From an uncultured virus (IMG/VR IMGVR_UViG_3300032177_003246) (lineage: Duplodnaviria; Heunggongvirae; Uroviricota; Caudoviricetes), in IMG/VR virus record IMGVR_UViG_3300032177_003246: a stretch of DNA of 64,000 nucleotides, one strand, 5' to 3'. The position numbers and the translations under genes were made by a program. A model generated the notes under the pieces. The model was given only the letters and a program-made list of their open reading frames with translations, was not told the DNA's origin and searched no databases. Below, in pieces: positions 22,339 to 34,122 of this stretch (positions within the stretch are counted from its first letter, which is position 1; each line of letters begins with the position of its first letter).

Positions 22339-23340
22339 ATGCCCCGCAACCTGCAACTCGTGCGTGACGACTACCGCCAGGCGACCGCGACCGCGGAAGA
22401 TCCAGCGCTGAGGCCCACGAGCTTCGAGGACTACGTCGGCCAGACCGAGATCGTCACGAACCTGCGCCAGAGCGTCCGAGCGGCCAAGCGCGGCGGCTGG
22501 CAGCTCGATCACATGCTTTTCGCCGGTCCGGCCGGTGTTGGAAAAACGAGCCTTGCGCAGGTCATCGCCAACGAGCTGGGCGGCAAGCTCGTCGTGACGT
22601 CCGCCCCCGCCATCGAGCACAAGGGCCAGCTCGCGACCCTGCTCGCGCAGCTCAGTGAGGGCGACATTCTGTTCATCGATGAGCTGCACGCCTTCCGAAG
22701 GGAAATTTGCGAGGTGCTCTATCTTGCTCTCGAAGATCGCGTGCTCGACATGCCTGCGGGCAAGCGTACGATCCGCATCTCGCTCCCCAAGTTCACCTTG
22801 CTCGGTGCGACCACGCACGCGGGCAAGCTGCCCAAGCCGCTGCTCGATCGGTTCGGCTTCGTCTGGCAGCTCAAGCCCTACACGCTGCCCGAGATGACGA
22901 CGATCGTCGCCCGATCGGCCCACAAGCTCGGCGTCGCGATCGACGAGACCGGTGCCGTCACCGTCGCGCAGGCGTCGCGCGGCACGCCGCGCATCGCGAA
23001 CCGGCTGCTTCGCCGCGTGCGCGACTTCGTGACAGGCGCAGACGTCCAGGGCGGCCTTCAGCCCGCGAACCTCGTGGTCGGAGAAGTTCTTGCGCAGGCG
23101 GCGCTCGCGCAGCTCGGCATCGACCAGCTGGGGCTCAACGCACTCGATCGTCGCTACCTCGAAGTGGTTGCCGAACGACCGGTCGGCCTCGAAGCCATCT
23201 GCGCCGAGCTGGGCGAAGACAAGAGCACGATCGAGGACGCGATCGAGCCGTTCCTGATGCAGGCGGGGCTCATCAAGCGCGGCGGCAAGGGCAGGCTCGC
23301 CACCGAAGCTGGCCGCGCGCACCTCGCGGAGGTGGCGTGA
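22339..23340 (+). CDS. ruvB: Holliday junction branch-migration AAA+ ATPase RuvB
   Basis: LRPTSFEDYVGQ, Walker A GPAGVGKTS, Walker B LFIDELH, GATT, DRFG, SRGTPRIANRLLRRVRDF, TIEDAIEPFL. Confidence 0.95.
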   Translation: MPRNLQLVRDDYRQATATAEDPALRPTSFEDYVGQTEIVTNLRQSVRAAKRGGWQLDHMLFAGPAGVGKTSLAQVIANELGGKLVVTSAPAIEHKGQLATLLAQLSEGDILFIDELHAFRREICEVLYLALEDRVLDMPAGKRTIRISLPKFTLLGATTHAGKLPKPLLDRFGFVWQLKPYTLPEMTTIVARSAHKLGVAIDETGAVTVAQASRGTPRIANRLLRRVRDFVTGADVQGGLQPANLVVGEVLAQAALAQLGIDQLGLNALDRRYLEVVAERPVGLEAICAELGEDKSTIEDAIEPFLMQAGLIKRGGKGRLATEAGRAHLAEVA

Positions 23341-25826
23341 TGTCCAGAAGCGAGAACGACATCTACCGTCTTTTTCAGAGTGCTGCCGAAATCCTGATGA
23401 ACCTCAAACTTCAGAACGGTGTCGTTATTGGAACAGACGGTCGGAAGGCACCGGACTTCTCGGTTTGTGTCGAGTTCGCGGTCGAATGTCCTCCGACCGA
23501 TGAGCCGCGCATGCCAACGACACGCGAGGACGCCCTTCCGCACATCCTGCTGCGCGGTCCCTTCAAGGGCGCACCCAGTCTGCACGGCGTCGCTTTCTAC
23601 ATCGGCCTCGGGCTCATTTCAATCCGCGAGATCGGTGCCACGCGCGCTAGCTACGAAATCACCGCGATCGACGGAGATGGCATGGAGGCGCGACTCGCGT
23701 TTTTGGTAGCTGCTCGTGATCTCTTCTTCACCGACGTGAAATTGGAGGAGTGCCCGTCATGAGCAATCGATCCACCACGGGCGGCCCGAAGGTCCCCTAC
23801 TACCCGCGCGGCGCGCACATCGAGGCCGCCAAGCACCTGCGCCTCACGGTCACGCGCTACCTCGCGGATCGCGCGTCGCTGAAGGACATCCGCGAGGCGA
23901 TGACCATGCTGGAGGCGGCAGCACCGGTGACCGGCGGCGAGCCCGGGCATCGCAAGGGAGCCGACACATGCACGTAAGCACGGCCCCGAAGTGGTTCATC
24001 AAAAACAGCAATGGCGAGCGCCTGCTCTCTGCGCGCAAGGTAGCGCCGTTTCTGATCTGGGACCGCTGTGAGGCGATGCTGCTCGACAACGAGCAGCTCA
24101 TGAAGGTTCTGAGCCACATCCTGACGCATCACGACGAGCCGCTGCTCGACGTCATCACCCTGGAGCGCGCCCTGTGAAGCCAAAGTACATGCTCATGTAC
24201 GCGAAGAGTCTCGCGGTATCGCCGCAACCAGGCAACACCACCATCGAGCCGTTCCGTACGCGCGTCGGCTTCTTCTGGTTCTTGCTGCGCAACAAGGCGG
24301 CGCGCGACGCGATTCGCGCCGACAGGTTTCGGTTCATCGCGATCAAGGGAGACCGTAGCGATGCCGTATGATCAGTGCCCGCCGTCGAAACGTGGCCACA
24401 CCTGGAACAAGCCGAGCTGGCGCGAGCCGGCGATCCAGGGCGATCCGGCACTTCGGGTGTGCCAGCGGTGCGGAAAGCTCGGTCGCGTCAACAAGCAGGG
24501 CGTGATCTACGCAGTGGAGACCTCGCCATGAGTCCCGCCAAGAACCCCGGGTGTCCCGCGTGCGGTTGCGAGGAGTTTTTGCACGTGCGCTCGGAAGTCT
24601 TGCCCAAGGCTCCCGTCACGCTGATCCAGTGCGAGGAGTGCGGCGCGCAATTTTCCACGGGCGTGCTGCCGGAATTCGGGTTGCCCGTACTTGCGGGCGT
24701 GGAGACATCGCAGTCGTGAGAAGGAAGCGTCACGCCAAGCGCACCATCGTCGTCAACGACGTCACGTACACGTGGAAGTACGGCAACTACGTCGAGATCC
24801 GGCGCGGCCGAGTTGTCGTGCTCAGGCGCGCCATCACGGAGATCCTCGGCATCACGTGGGACAACTTGGAGCGCGCCGAGCGCAAGGGCTACGGCTTCCC
24901 GCTCACCCCCAAGCGCGTCGCCGAGCTGATCAAGGAAGTAGCTGCCTAATGTCCAAGCTCCATCTCGACTACTCAGACGGCCGCTACTACACCCGCGTGC
25001 TGACGGACGAAGAGTCCGCCACAAGTGAAGCTGCTGGCTGCGACGTCGTGCACCTCGAAGATCACATCTACGAGGCGTACCAGCGCGATTGCGGGCGCGA
25101 CGCCATCTGGCAAGGACTCTGGCGCTCGATCTCGAACGAGCAATACGTTCGGCGTCGCGAGAAGGAGCTACAGCCGCTCGAAGATGCCGATCGCGAGATC
25201 GCGCGGCTCAAGACCGAGCTAGCTAGCGCGCAGCGCATGGCCAAACACTTCGAGGACGAGTGGGATCGCGCGCGCGGCATCGATCCCGAGGTGAGCGAGC
25301 ACGCGAGGCGCTTCGGCAACGAGTACACCTGCATTTACCCGCAGGCAGGCTGCGACGTCGGCGCGCTGCCGCAGGAGTGGCAGGACAGCGCGCGGGAGAT
25401 CCTTGCGAAGTTCAGCGCCGCGCGCGCGACGGAAGGAATGAAGTACCAGGGTTGCTGCTGCTCCTACGGCAACCACCGCCTGCTCGACGGCGCGGAGTCT
25501 AAGAAACTTCGCGACGCGGGCTTTATCGTCGAGAACGACACGGAATCCGACGAGTACGCCAGCCAGTAAAGAGGAGACGAAAGAAAATGATCACCGCGTT
25601 CATGTCCGCCAACGAGCTGCACGCCGTCTACGTCATCAAGCGTGAGGGAATGGCCAAGATTCAAGCGACCGGCTTCTGCACCGTCGAAGACAACGCCGGC
25701 CCTGGCGTCTACCAGCTCCCAGAGTGGGCGTTCGACGGCAGGCCCACCTATGGACCCCCGGGAGGAGAGATCGCCGTATGCGCCAAGTGCTCGCAGATCG
25801 TTGGCTCGATGAAACACCCCAGGTGA
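23340..25826 (+). other. Hypothetical ORF cluster (23340-23762, 23759-23977, 23968-24177, 24174-24371, 24528-24719, 24716-24949, 24949-25569, 25587-25826)
   Basis: Overlapping junctions continuing the ruvB operon. Confidence 0.6.
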
Positions 25827-27331
25827 TGATGTCGTCCGCGTCCGATATCGATCGTCCCGGCTCCGGGCTCACCGACTCGACAACGGTCGAGACGGTTAGC
25901 CCGTTCGACGGCACTGACGTCGCGCGCCACACGCAGCTGTCGGATCCGCCGACCGCGGTCGTGCGGCGTCACGCCGCGCGCATGTCGGGCGCTGACTGCA
26001 TCGAGCTGCCTCCAGGGTCGATCGTCGGTGAGATGTACGAGATCGATGCGGTCCTTGGAGCGGGCGCGATGGGCGAGGTCTACGCCGCTCGTCACCTCAA
26101 GCTCGGCAAACGCGTCGCGATCAAGGTCATGCACCCGCTGCACTCGGAAGATGCTGGGGCGATCGAGCGCTTCGCGTACGAGGCGCGCACGCTCGCGAAG
26201 ATTCAGCATCCAGCCATTGTCGCCGTCGAGCACGTCGGTGAGCTGCCGGACAACCGCGCCTTCTTCGTCATGGAGTTCCTGAAGGGTGAATCGCTCTTCG
26301 AGCGCATCCAGCGTGGGCGCGTGCCGTTGGCCGAGGCGCTTCGAATCCTCGATCAGATGGCGAGAGGCTTGGAGGCCGCGCACAGCCACGGCGTCATCCA
26401 CCGCGATCTCAAGCCCGAGAACACGTTCTTGGTGCACATGCCCGGCGAGCCCTCGATCGTCAAGCTCGTCGACTTCGGCCTGGCGAAGATCCGAGATCAG
26501 CAACGTGCAGAGCGCACGCAGAGCGGTGTCGCGATCGGCACGCCGATGTACATGTCGCCCGAGCAAGCGCGTGGACCCGACGTCGATCCGCGTACGGACA
26601 TCTACGCCCTCGGCTGCGTCGCCTACGAGCTGGTGCTCGGGGTCTCGCCGTTCCCGCACGCCAGAACCACGCCCGAGCTATATGCCGCGCATCTGCACGA
26701 GGCCCCGGCACTGCCGCGAGCGATCTGGCCGGAAATTCCGACGCAGCTCGATCTGTGCCTGTTCGCGATGCTCGCCAAGGATCCAGCACACAGGCCCACG
26801 CTCGCGCAGATTCGATCGGTCCTTGAGGCCGCGCGCAGTAACGATCCGCAACGTGCCGCCACCGAATTCGTCGTGGGCCCCCGCGCTGCCAAGACCGCGC
26901 GCAAGCGCCTGCGCATCGTCGGTCTCGTCATGGTCGCGCTGATCGGCACGCTGATCGCCGGCATCACGATCGGCGCGCGCGCGCGTCATCCGGGTCACGG
27001 AAGCCCAGACGCGGATGTGGCGCAGCGCCCGAGCGAGCCCCTCGTTGTCTCACCGGCACAGCCGCCCGTGCCGGCGACGCCGTCAGCACCGCCCCCACCG
27101 CAACCGCAACAGGCGCCTGGATCGGGAAGCGATCCGCCCGTCGCTCAGCCCAGCGCACGGGCACCAAAGCCGCCCAAGCTCGCGACGAAGAGAACCTCGA
27201 CACCGCAGCCGCCCGTCGTAGATACGGGGAGCGGCGGATCCGCTGTCGAAGTTCCAGCTCCAAAACCCGTCGATCGTAACCAGACCGTCAACCCCTTCGC
27301 CACCAAGAAGCGTGGCCAGGTAACCCCATGA
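25826..27331 (+). CDS. Hanks-type Ser/Thr protein kinase, myxobacterial Pkn style, with TM helix and Pro-rich tail
   Basis: LGAGAMGEVY, VAIK, HRDLKPEN, DFGLAK, GTPMYMSPEQ, DIYALG; TM IVGLVMVALIGTLIAGITIG; tail ...TVNPF. Confidence 0.95.
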   Translation: MMSSASDIDRPGSGLTDSTTVETVSPFDGTDVARHTQLSDPPTAVVRRHAARMSGADCIELPPGSIVGEMYEIDAVLGAGAMGEVYAARHLKLGKRVAIKVMHPLHSEDAGAIERFAYEARTLAKIQHPAIVAVEHVGELPDNRAFFVMEFLKGESLFERIQRGRVPLAEALRILDQMARGLEAAHSHGVIHRDLKPENTFLVHMPGEPSIVKLVDFGLAKIRDQQRAERTQSGVAIGTPMYMSPEQARGPDVDPRTDIYALGCVAYELVLGVSPFPHARTTPELYAAHLHEAPALPRAIWPEIPTQLDLCLFAMLAKDPAHRPTLAQIRSVLEAARSNDPQRAATEFVVGPRAAKTARKRLRIVGLVMVALIGTLIAGITIGARARHPGHGSPDADVAQRPSEPLVVSPAQPPVPATPSAPPPPQPQQAPGSGSDPPVAQPSARAPKPPKLATKRTSTPQPPVVDTGSGGSAVEVPAPKPVDRNQTVNPFATKKRGQVTP

Positions 27332-27949
27332 TGACCTACCAGCAGCTCCTCGATCGCGTCATCGCCGACGGCATCGCCGAAGTACGCGAGGCGTACGCCG
27401 CGCCGAAAGACCACCACAAGCGCGATGGCGCCATCGAGGGCTTCGAGGCGTGCCGCGGCAAGAAGCCGTTGGAGATCGTCGCCCTGTGGAACGAGGCCGA
27501 GCGCCTGAGTCCGCAGATCGCCGAGGAGTGCCGAAAGCGCGCACGGCCGGACGAAGACTACTGGAAGCACCGCTACAGGACGTTGCAGATCGAGTGGGTC
27601 TGCAACGTGTTGTCGGTAGGCCTCGGGGCCAGCGGGCAGCCGCCCCTGCTCGCGCACCTGCCGACGGCTCGCGCGGCCGTGAAGTACACATCGATCGTAG
27701 GCGTGAGCACGGGAGCCTCGACGTGAAGCTCGTGATCTACCAGGAGGGCGGACCGCCCGTCGAAATCGATGCGCAGCGCGTACGCGTCATGTGCGGCAGC
27801 GACCACTACGAAATGCGCGAGCAAACTGCGCACGGCCGCGACGGATCCAGCCTCCTCGTCAGGATCGAGGAGCACGCTGGCAAGCTCGCGATGGACCTCG
27901 CCGTGTTTCCCATCGGAGGAAACGCGGTGCGCCTCAAGGGAGGACTTCG

Positions 27950-27953
<4 letters not shown>
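27328..27953 (+). other. Two hypothetical ORFs (27328-27726, 27723-27953)
   Basis: ATGA/GTGA overlaps. Confidence 0.6.
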
Positions 27954-28732
<779 letters not shown>

Positions 28733-29276
28733 TCCTAGCGAACCGGCGTGCGCAACGCTCTCGGCGCGCGCCAGCTCTAGCTCGACGCCGAGCAACTCCA
28801 GCGCGAGAATGTCTTGGGCGGTTGCGAGGCGCATGACCGAAGCCGAAAAAAGGCAGACAGCCCTTGTACCACGCGGCGGTGCGCAGTGAGACGATCGCCC
28901 GATCCACTGCCTGCCGAGCTGAAAGACGGGCGCTACGTCAAACCCTACGTGCTGCTGGAGATCGAGCAGCTCTGGGCAGGACAGTGCGATGATCGGACGC
29001 GATCCCCGCGGGCCCCGAAGGCCACGACCTTCCACATCATGATCGATGGTGGGTTCGCAGCTTGTCGGCCATTTCGTCCCGGTCGGTGGGTCTGCTACAA
29101 CGCCGTCTTGCTTGGCGAAAAAACCCTGATTCCGATTGGTCAGGTACCTACGCAGCAGCTTTGCCGGCGCAACGGCTGCCTTCAGGTCTACGAGGCGTAC
29201 CTCTGATGCTGGGTTTAGCCTCGATCGACACCAAACGTTCACTTAGGATCAACCGGAGCAAGCGTCAGCAGTTATC

Positions 29277-29591
29277 ATGGGCAGGAAGACGTCGATGATG
29301 GTCCTCGGCTACACGAGAAGCGGCCATGCGGTGCTGCTTCCGACGAAACAAAAGGCCGACGAGGCCCAGTTCGTAAGCTGGACGGCTGGCGATCACCTGG
29401 ACGCCTCGCGAATTCTCATCGAGCATGGCGAGCGAACCGCCGATCCGCAGGGAGCGTGGTGCGCCCAGCTGGCGGATGTTCACCGCGTGATCGGCGGTTT
29501 TCCGAAGAAGAAGAAGAAGCGGAAGAAGCGGAAGAGCCCCCAAATCCGTGGCGCGGCTGAAGCCGTGATCCTCTCCGGGCGACGGCGCTGA
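29277..29591 (+). CDS. Hypothetical protein
   Basis: Coding-like ORF LGYTRSGH...WTAGDHLDA with a basic tail. Confidence 0.5.
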   Translation: MGRKTSMMVLGYTRSGHAVLLPTKQKADEAQFVSWTAGDHLDASRILIEHGERTADPQGAWCAQLADVHRVIGGFPKKKKKRKKRKSPQIRGAAEAVILSGRRR

Positions 29592-29592
29592 T

Positions 29593-30324
29593 CTACAGCG
29601 AGAGCTTCTTCAACGAGAGCGTGGCGTTGTTGCTCGGCGGATTGAAGTTCGTCAGCTGCGGCTTGACCACAAAGGCGCTCTCGTTGACGAGCGTCACCGA
29701 ATCGCCCGCCATCAAGTGAATGATGCCTTCGCCGCGCACGAGCTGGACATCGTTGCCGTCACTGCCCTCGTTGCTGTGGAACGTATGGCCAGGTCCCTGC
29801 GCGACGCCGTTGACGCGGATGCCGAAGTCGAGGCCCCGGGTCTCGACATCATCATGCTGCGCGATGACGTAGAAGATGTACTCGTAGTCGCCTTCGGAGA
29901 GGATCGTGAACGCCGATCCTGCCGGCAGCGGCGGTGTGATCCCCACATTCGGGAAGATCAGTCCACCAAGGCTGAAGCCAATTGGAAAGCCTGAATTCGC
30001 TTTTTGCTCGGCGGCGTTTACGGCGTAGCCGTACGCGGCGAGCCCCTGTGTACCTGCCGGACCCGTTGCGCCAGCATCACCCGTCGCGCCGGTGGGGCCT
30101 GTCGGGCCTGTCGGGCCCGTAAAGCCGGTCGCACTGAAAACGGGGCCGGTCGGCCCGGTCGACCCGGTCGGCCCGGTCGATCCTGTGGATCCGTCACTGC
30201 CATCACGCCCGTCGCGACCGCGGGGCCCACGACGGCTGCGTTCGCCGCGCTCGCCGCGCTCGCCCTCATCACAGTCGTCCGGTCCGCGCTTGCTGATATC
30301 AGACATGGGCTTGAGGCCGATCAT
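29593..30324 (-). CDS. Collagen-like fibre protein with BclA/C1q-like C-terminal domain
   Basis: GER and GPT/GST Gly-X-Y repeats; beta-rich head [15 protein letters not shown]...[17 protein letters not shown]. Confidence 0.8.
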   Translation of the reverse strand: MIGLKPMSDISKRGPDDCDEGERGERGERSRRGPRGRDGRDGSDGSTGSTGPTGSTGPTGPVFSATGFTGPTGPTGPTGATGDAGATGPAGTQGLAAYGYAVNAAEQKANSGFPIGFSLGGLIFPNVGITPPLPAGSAFTILSEGDYEYIFYVIAQHDDVETRGLDFGIRVNGVAQGPGHTFHSNEGSDGNDVQLVRGEGIIHLMAGDSVTLVNESAFVVKPQLTNFNPPSNNATLSLKKLSL

Positions 30325-30389
30325 GCCCGGTCCCTGTCGAGCCTGCGAGTTTTTGGCCTAGCGCGCTAAGTGGCCAAGAAGCGGTCGAC

Positions 30390-30920
30390 TCAACGCGGGC
30401 GCACAGCCTTGAGCTGTGTTGCGAGCGTCTTTAGATAGCCCCGACGCTGAGCCGAGGGCACCAGCTCGGCGATCTGGTCCTTGTGCCTGCCGTTGCCGCT
30501 CGACAAGAACAGGTCCAGCGCGACGCGCTCCTCGTCAGGCAGATCGCGCTTCCAATCGGCAGGGATTTTCGTGAACCGCAGCGCCTCTGCGGAGAACCAC
30601 AGCGCGCCTCCTCGCATGTCGGCCGTCTTGGACACCAGGAAGGCGACGTCGCCGGGCTCGGACAGCTCGCCGTCCTGCTTATCAGCGAAGTACATGCCGC
30701 CCGCGGTGTTGACCCCGACGACGTAGCCGAACTGACCCCTCTTGAAATACGGATTCTTGCCGCCCGTGCCGCGCAGGACCTCGACGCGTGGCGGACGGCT
30801 GTCTCCCCCAGTTCCGAACGAGCCCGCGTAGAAATCGTCGATGGCCACGTTGCCAGGATATCGCGGACGGGCGGACGTTCGTTGCCAAATGTCGCGCGCC
30901 GGGCGCTCTTGGCCTACCAT
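30390..30920 (-). CDS. Hypothetical protein
   Basis: Coding-like ORF; start uncertain. Confidence 0.5.
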   Translation of the reverse strand: MVGQERPARDIWQRTSARPRYPGNVAIDDFYAGSFGTGGDSRPPRVEVLRGTGGKNPYFKRGQFGYVVGVNTAGGMYFADKQDGELSEPGDVAFLVSKTADMRGGALWFSAEALRFTKIPADWKRDLPDEERVALDLFLSSGNGRHKDQIAELVPSAQRRGYLKTLATQLKAVRPR

Positions 30921-30925
30921 GAGGC

Positions 30926-31312
30926 ATGGCGAAGAAGACGGCCGTCCAGCTACAGCGAGAGATCGACGAAGTGCTGCGAAGTCCTTCCGGACGGCAGCCC
31001 TCGCGCCAAGGCCGATCGTCCACCAAGGCAGCCTTCACCAAGGCCGCCAAGCAGGCCAACGATCAGATCTACGACCTCATCAACAACCGGTACTTCCAGT
31101 CGATCCCGAACGACGATCTGTTCTCGATCGTCAAGCGCGCCGGCTTTCGGTTCGACCCGGAGGAAGAGGAGTTCTTCCTGGTAGGCCGCGACGGCAAGGC
31201 CACGTGGCAGCTCCGCGACGAGGAGGGCCAAGAGGTGGATCACATGCTCGTGCTCAACTGGCACAAGCTCGACAACACCGGCCGGTACGAGATCGTCGCG
31301 TACGTGAGCTGA
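30926..31312 (+). CDS. Hypothetical protein with N-terminal QLxREI motif
   Basis: MAKKTAVQLQREIDEVL; TACCAT-5nt-ATG upstream. Confidence 0.7.
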   Translation: MAKKTAVQLQREIDEVLRSPSGRQPSRQGRSSTKAAFTKAAKQANDQIYDLINNRYFQSIPNDDLFSIVKRAGFRFDPEEEEFFLVGRDGKATWQLRDEEGQEVDHMLVLNWHKLDNTGRYEIVAYVS

Positions 31313-31659
31313 GCGCCTTGACGCGATCTTCGATCGTGATCACCTCAAGGCCCATGCGCCAATTCATCGGACAGAGCGTGAAGGTGGTATCCGGCAAGCA
31401 TGCCGGCAAGCGGGGCAAGCTGCTCTCGGTTGTGTACGCAGAGGGTTGCGAAGAAGCCGACGTGAAGATCGCCCACAAGACGTGGCTGCGTTTCTTCCAC
31501 TTCCTCCGCATCATCACGGTCAAGCCTTCAGAGCTAGCCGCAGCGTGACACCTAGCTGACCGCCGCACAGAAAAGCGGCGAGCTTCGCACACGCGGGACA
31601 ACAAAAACTCGTGATGCCCGGTAGCACCACGAGGTTCGGCAACCTTTTCCGTCTGCCTA

Positions 31660-33012
31660 CTACGCGATCGAGAGGCCAGCCCTGATGTAGCCCGTCAGGA
31701 TCGTCGCGAGGTTCGGCAGACCGCCTTGACGATCGGCGCACGCGACGAGGACGAGGCTGTCACCCGTGAGGACCGGAAGACTGCCGAGCCCCACATTGCC
31801 GCTTGCCGTCTGGCTGAGTGCGAGCACGCCTCCGAACGACGGCGTCAACGTGAGTTGCGGGCCGTAGGCCGTGAAGACGTTGGTGTTGGCCGCGTCGGTT
31901 GCCGGACGTCGGAAGATCTGCAACGTCACGTTGGCAGTTCCGACCAGGAGGGTGACCCCGAGGAGGTTGGTGTAGAACCCCGCCAGTGACTCCAGCGTAC
32001 CGTCACGCGGCATCACCCACGCCATTTCGAGGACCGCGTCCAGCACCAGCGGATCGAGGAGGGAGTTCAGATCGATCGCGCCGCCGAGGATCGTCACGTC
32101 TGGAACCGAGTCTCCGAACGCGACGAGGGCGCAGCTCTCGACCAGCTCGTCGTCATCTAAGACCGAGCCGATCGCGACCGGAGTGCCGCTGGAGAACGGG
32201 ATCACCGTCAGAGCCCCACTGGTGCCGGGAACGCCCGTGGCGCCCGTGGCTCCCACGCCCGGACCCGTCGGACCGGGCACACCTGCGGGTCCTTGGAACT
32301 CGACGACGACTTCGAGGGAAATGGAACCCGGCTCCTCAGTTCCGCCAGGCACGAGGACCTGGACTTCGATGTCCTCACCTGAAAGAAACACTTCAGGCGG
32401 GATAGGAAACGTCGCGTTCACCCCGGCCGCTGGCGCTGGACCGCTCGCGAACATGACCGCTGGACCCCCTGAAGTGCCCTTCAACAGGCGGACGGTGGCA
32501 GGCCCCACACTGAGCGTGCTTGTCTCGGTGCGGATCGCGAAGCACGTCGCCGTGTGCTGTGAACAGAACGGATAGCGATTGACGTTTACGCCATCGAAGG
32601 CGGGCGGGCCCGATCCGGGATCCGCGAGAGACGTCAGGTTGTCCTCGGCCACGAATTCGTCAACGCGTCCGCTCCACTTGAGCACCCACGCTGCGTCGGC
32701 GAGATCAAACGCGCCCGTCGGTCCTGTGACTCCCGCCGCGCCCGTCGGTCCCGTCGACCCAGCTCCTGTGGGTCCCGTTGACGCGTTGCCCGTGGGTCCT
32801 GTTGGACCTGTGAGGCCCACAGCACCCGTCGGTCCCGTAGCTCCGGTGTTCGTGGAGCTGCCTGCCGATCCTGTCGGGCCCGCGGATCCGGTTGGTCCTG
32901 TCGCGCCGTCTTTGCCGTCATGCCCGCGCTTGCCACGCTCCCCGCGTTCGCCGCGCTCCCCGCGTTCACCTTCACAATCGTCAGGGCCGCGCTTGGACAT
33001 GTCGCTCATCAC
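31660..33012 (-). CDS. Collagen-like fibre protein with BclB-type C-terminal domain
   Basis: Two GPT collagen tracts; head VIPFSSG...VAFGDS...[13 protein letters not shown] resembles the exosporium BclB C-terminal domain. Confidence 0.8.
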   Translation of the reverse strand: MMSDMSKRGPDDCEGERGERGERGERGKRGHDGKDGATGPTGSAGPTGSAGSSTNTGATGPTGAVGLTGPTGPTGNASTGPTGAGSTGPTGAAGVTGPTGAFDLADAAWVLKWSGRVDEFVAEDNLTSLADPGSGPPAFDGVNVNRYPFCSQHTATCFAIRTETSTLSVGPATVRLLKGTSGGPAVMFASGPAPAAGVNATFPIPPEVFLSGEDIEVQVLVPGGTEEPGSISLEVVVEFQGPAGVPGPTGPGVGATGATGVPGTSGALTVIPFSSGTPVAIGSVLDDDELVESCALVAFGDSVPDVTILGGAIDLNSLLDPLVLDAVLEMAWVMPRDGTLESLAGFYTNLLGVTLLVGTANVTLQIFRRPATDAANTNVFTAYGPQLTLTPSFGGVLALSQTASGNVGLGSLPVLTGDSLVLVACADRQGGLPNLATILTGYIRAGLSIA

Positions 33013-33047
33013 GACATGCTAAGGAAGCGCTCCGAACAAGGCAAATT

Positions 33048-33407
33048 TTAGTCCTTGCTCTGCATGCGAAGTGCGGCTGCCGTACTGTCCGGAAGCGTTG
33101 GAAACTCCGGTGGGGCAGGGGCCGCACTACCAGCGCCAGAACCAGAAGCAGCACTACCGGCAGCGCTGCCCGCAGCGATCCGTCCAACGCCGGGTGTCTT
33201 GTCGATCAAGATTGAGAGCGCGTTGTTCTGCGCGGTCACCACCATCTCAAGGTGGCGGACGTTCTGCACGAGGGTCCTGTACCCGGCATCGGCTTCGATG
33301 CGGGCGTGATCCGCTTCCTGCGACGCCTTGCAGTACGACAGCACGGCAGGAACGCAGGCGATGACACCTGCGAAGATGAGCTTGGGCCACGTGGTCTTCA
33401 CGTCCAT
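33048..33407 (-). CDS. Small membrane protein with coiled coil (holin or spanin-like, uncertain)
   Basis: N-terminal hydrophobic helix, heptads, AAGS repeats. Confidence 0.45.
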   Translation of the reverse strand: MDVKTTWPKLIFAGVIACVPAVLSYCKASQEADHARIEADAGYRTLVQNVRHLEMVVTAQNNALSILIDKTPGVGRIAAGSAAGSAASGSGAGSAAPAPPEFPTLPDSTAAALRMQSKD

Positions 33408-33462
33408 CAGACCATGCTCGCATCGCCCGATAGGCCGCTGCCACTTCTTGGCCAGCTCGCGG

Positions 33463-34032
33463 CTATCGACGGACGTCGAACGCAACAGTGATGCGGGGTA
33501 ACTCGCCCACGTATTTTGGCAAAAAGTGCCACGTTTCGCCGCGGCAGATCACGAGCCGTCCAGGATGCGGTTCGACGTCCATCTCGAAGCGTTCGCCGGG
33601 ACGTACTGCGCGACCGTCACAAGGACACTCGAACACCGTCGGTGTGATCGCGTCCGCGCTGCCAGGCGAAACGTAAAAGACTCCCGAGAGCATCGCGGCG
33701 CGGTGCTGGTGTCGGGGGTGGTGACTGCCGACACGATTCACCATCGCCCAGCCAATCAGCGGTCGTGGTCCGATCAGATCCGCGATCGCCGATAGCAACG
33801 CTTGCACGGATGGATCGGCCCAGGCGAAGAAGTCTTCACCGGATTTCCAGCCGCCAACGTTGAGCGATCCAGTCCTGCGCCCGCCGCGGTCGAGCTGCAT
33901 ACGGTTCAAAATGACCTGTTCCAACTCGGCGCAGAGATCTGTGCGCACACCGTCGTAGACAACCGGGCGATCGCGACACTCCGCAAGGAGCTGCGTCGTG
34001 AGATCCGTCGTCGGAGCGGCTGCTGGGTTCAT
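33463..34032 (-). CDS. 2OG-Fe(II) oxygenase (TIGR02466-like)
   Basis: NVGGWKS, WAMVN...HPRHQH...LSGVFYV...WH...RITVAF. Confidence 0.8.
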   Translation of the reverse strand: MNPAAAPTTDLTTQLLAECRDRPVVYDGVRTDLCAELEQVILNRMQLDRGGRRTGSLNVGGWKSGEDFFAWADPSVQALLSAIADLIGPRPLIGWAMVNRVGSHHPRHQHRAAMLSGVFYVSPGSADAITPTVFECPCDGRAVRPGERFEMDVEPHPGRLVICRGETWHFLPKYVGELPRITVAFDVRR

Positions 34033-34122
34033 AGGCCCGTTATCGCATGCGACAACGCACGTCGCTAGCTCCACCAGATCACGAAATCTCTGCGGAGCGC
34101 CTTCGTGGACGAAGCGCGACGG

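Noticed and set aside
30345..30358. GG-N10-GC upstream of the collagen gene
   Set aside because: There is no upstream palindrome, and this minimal pattern is frequent by chance in GC-rich DNA.
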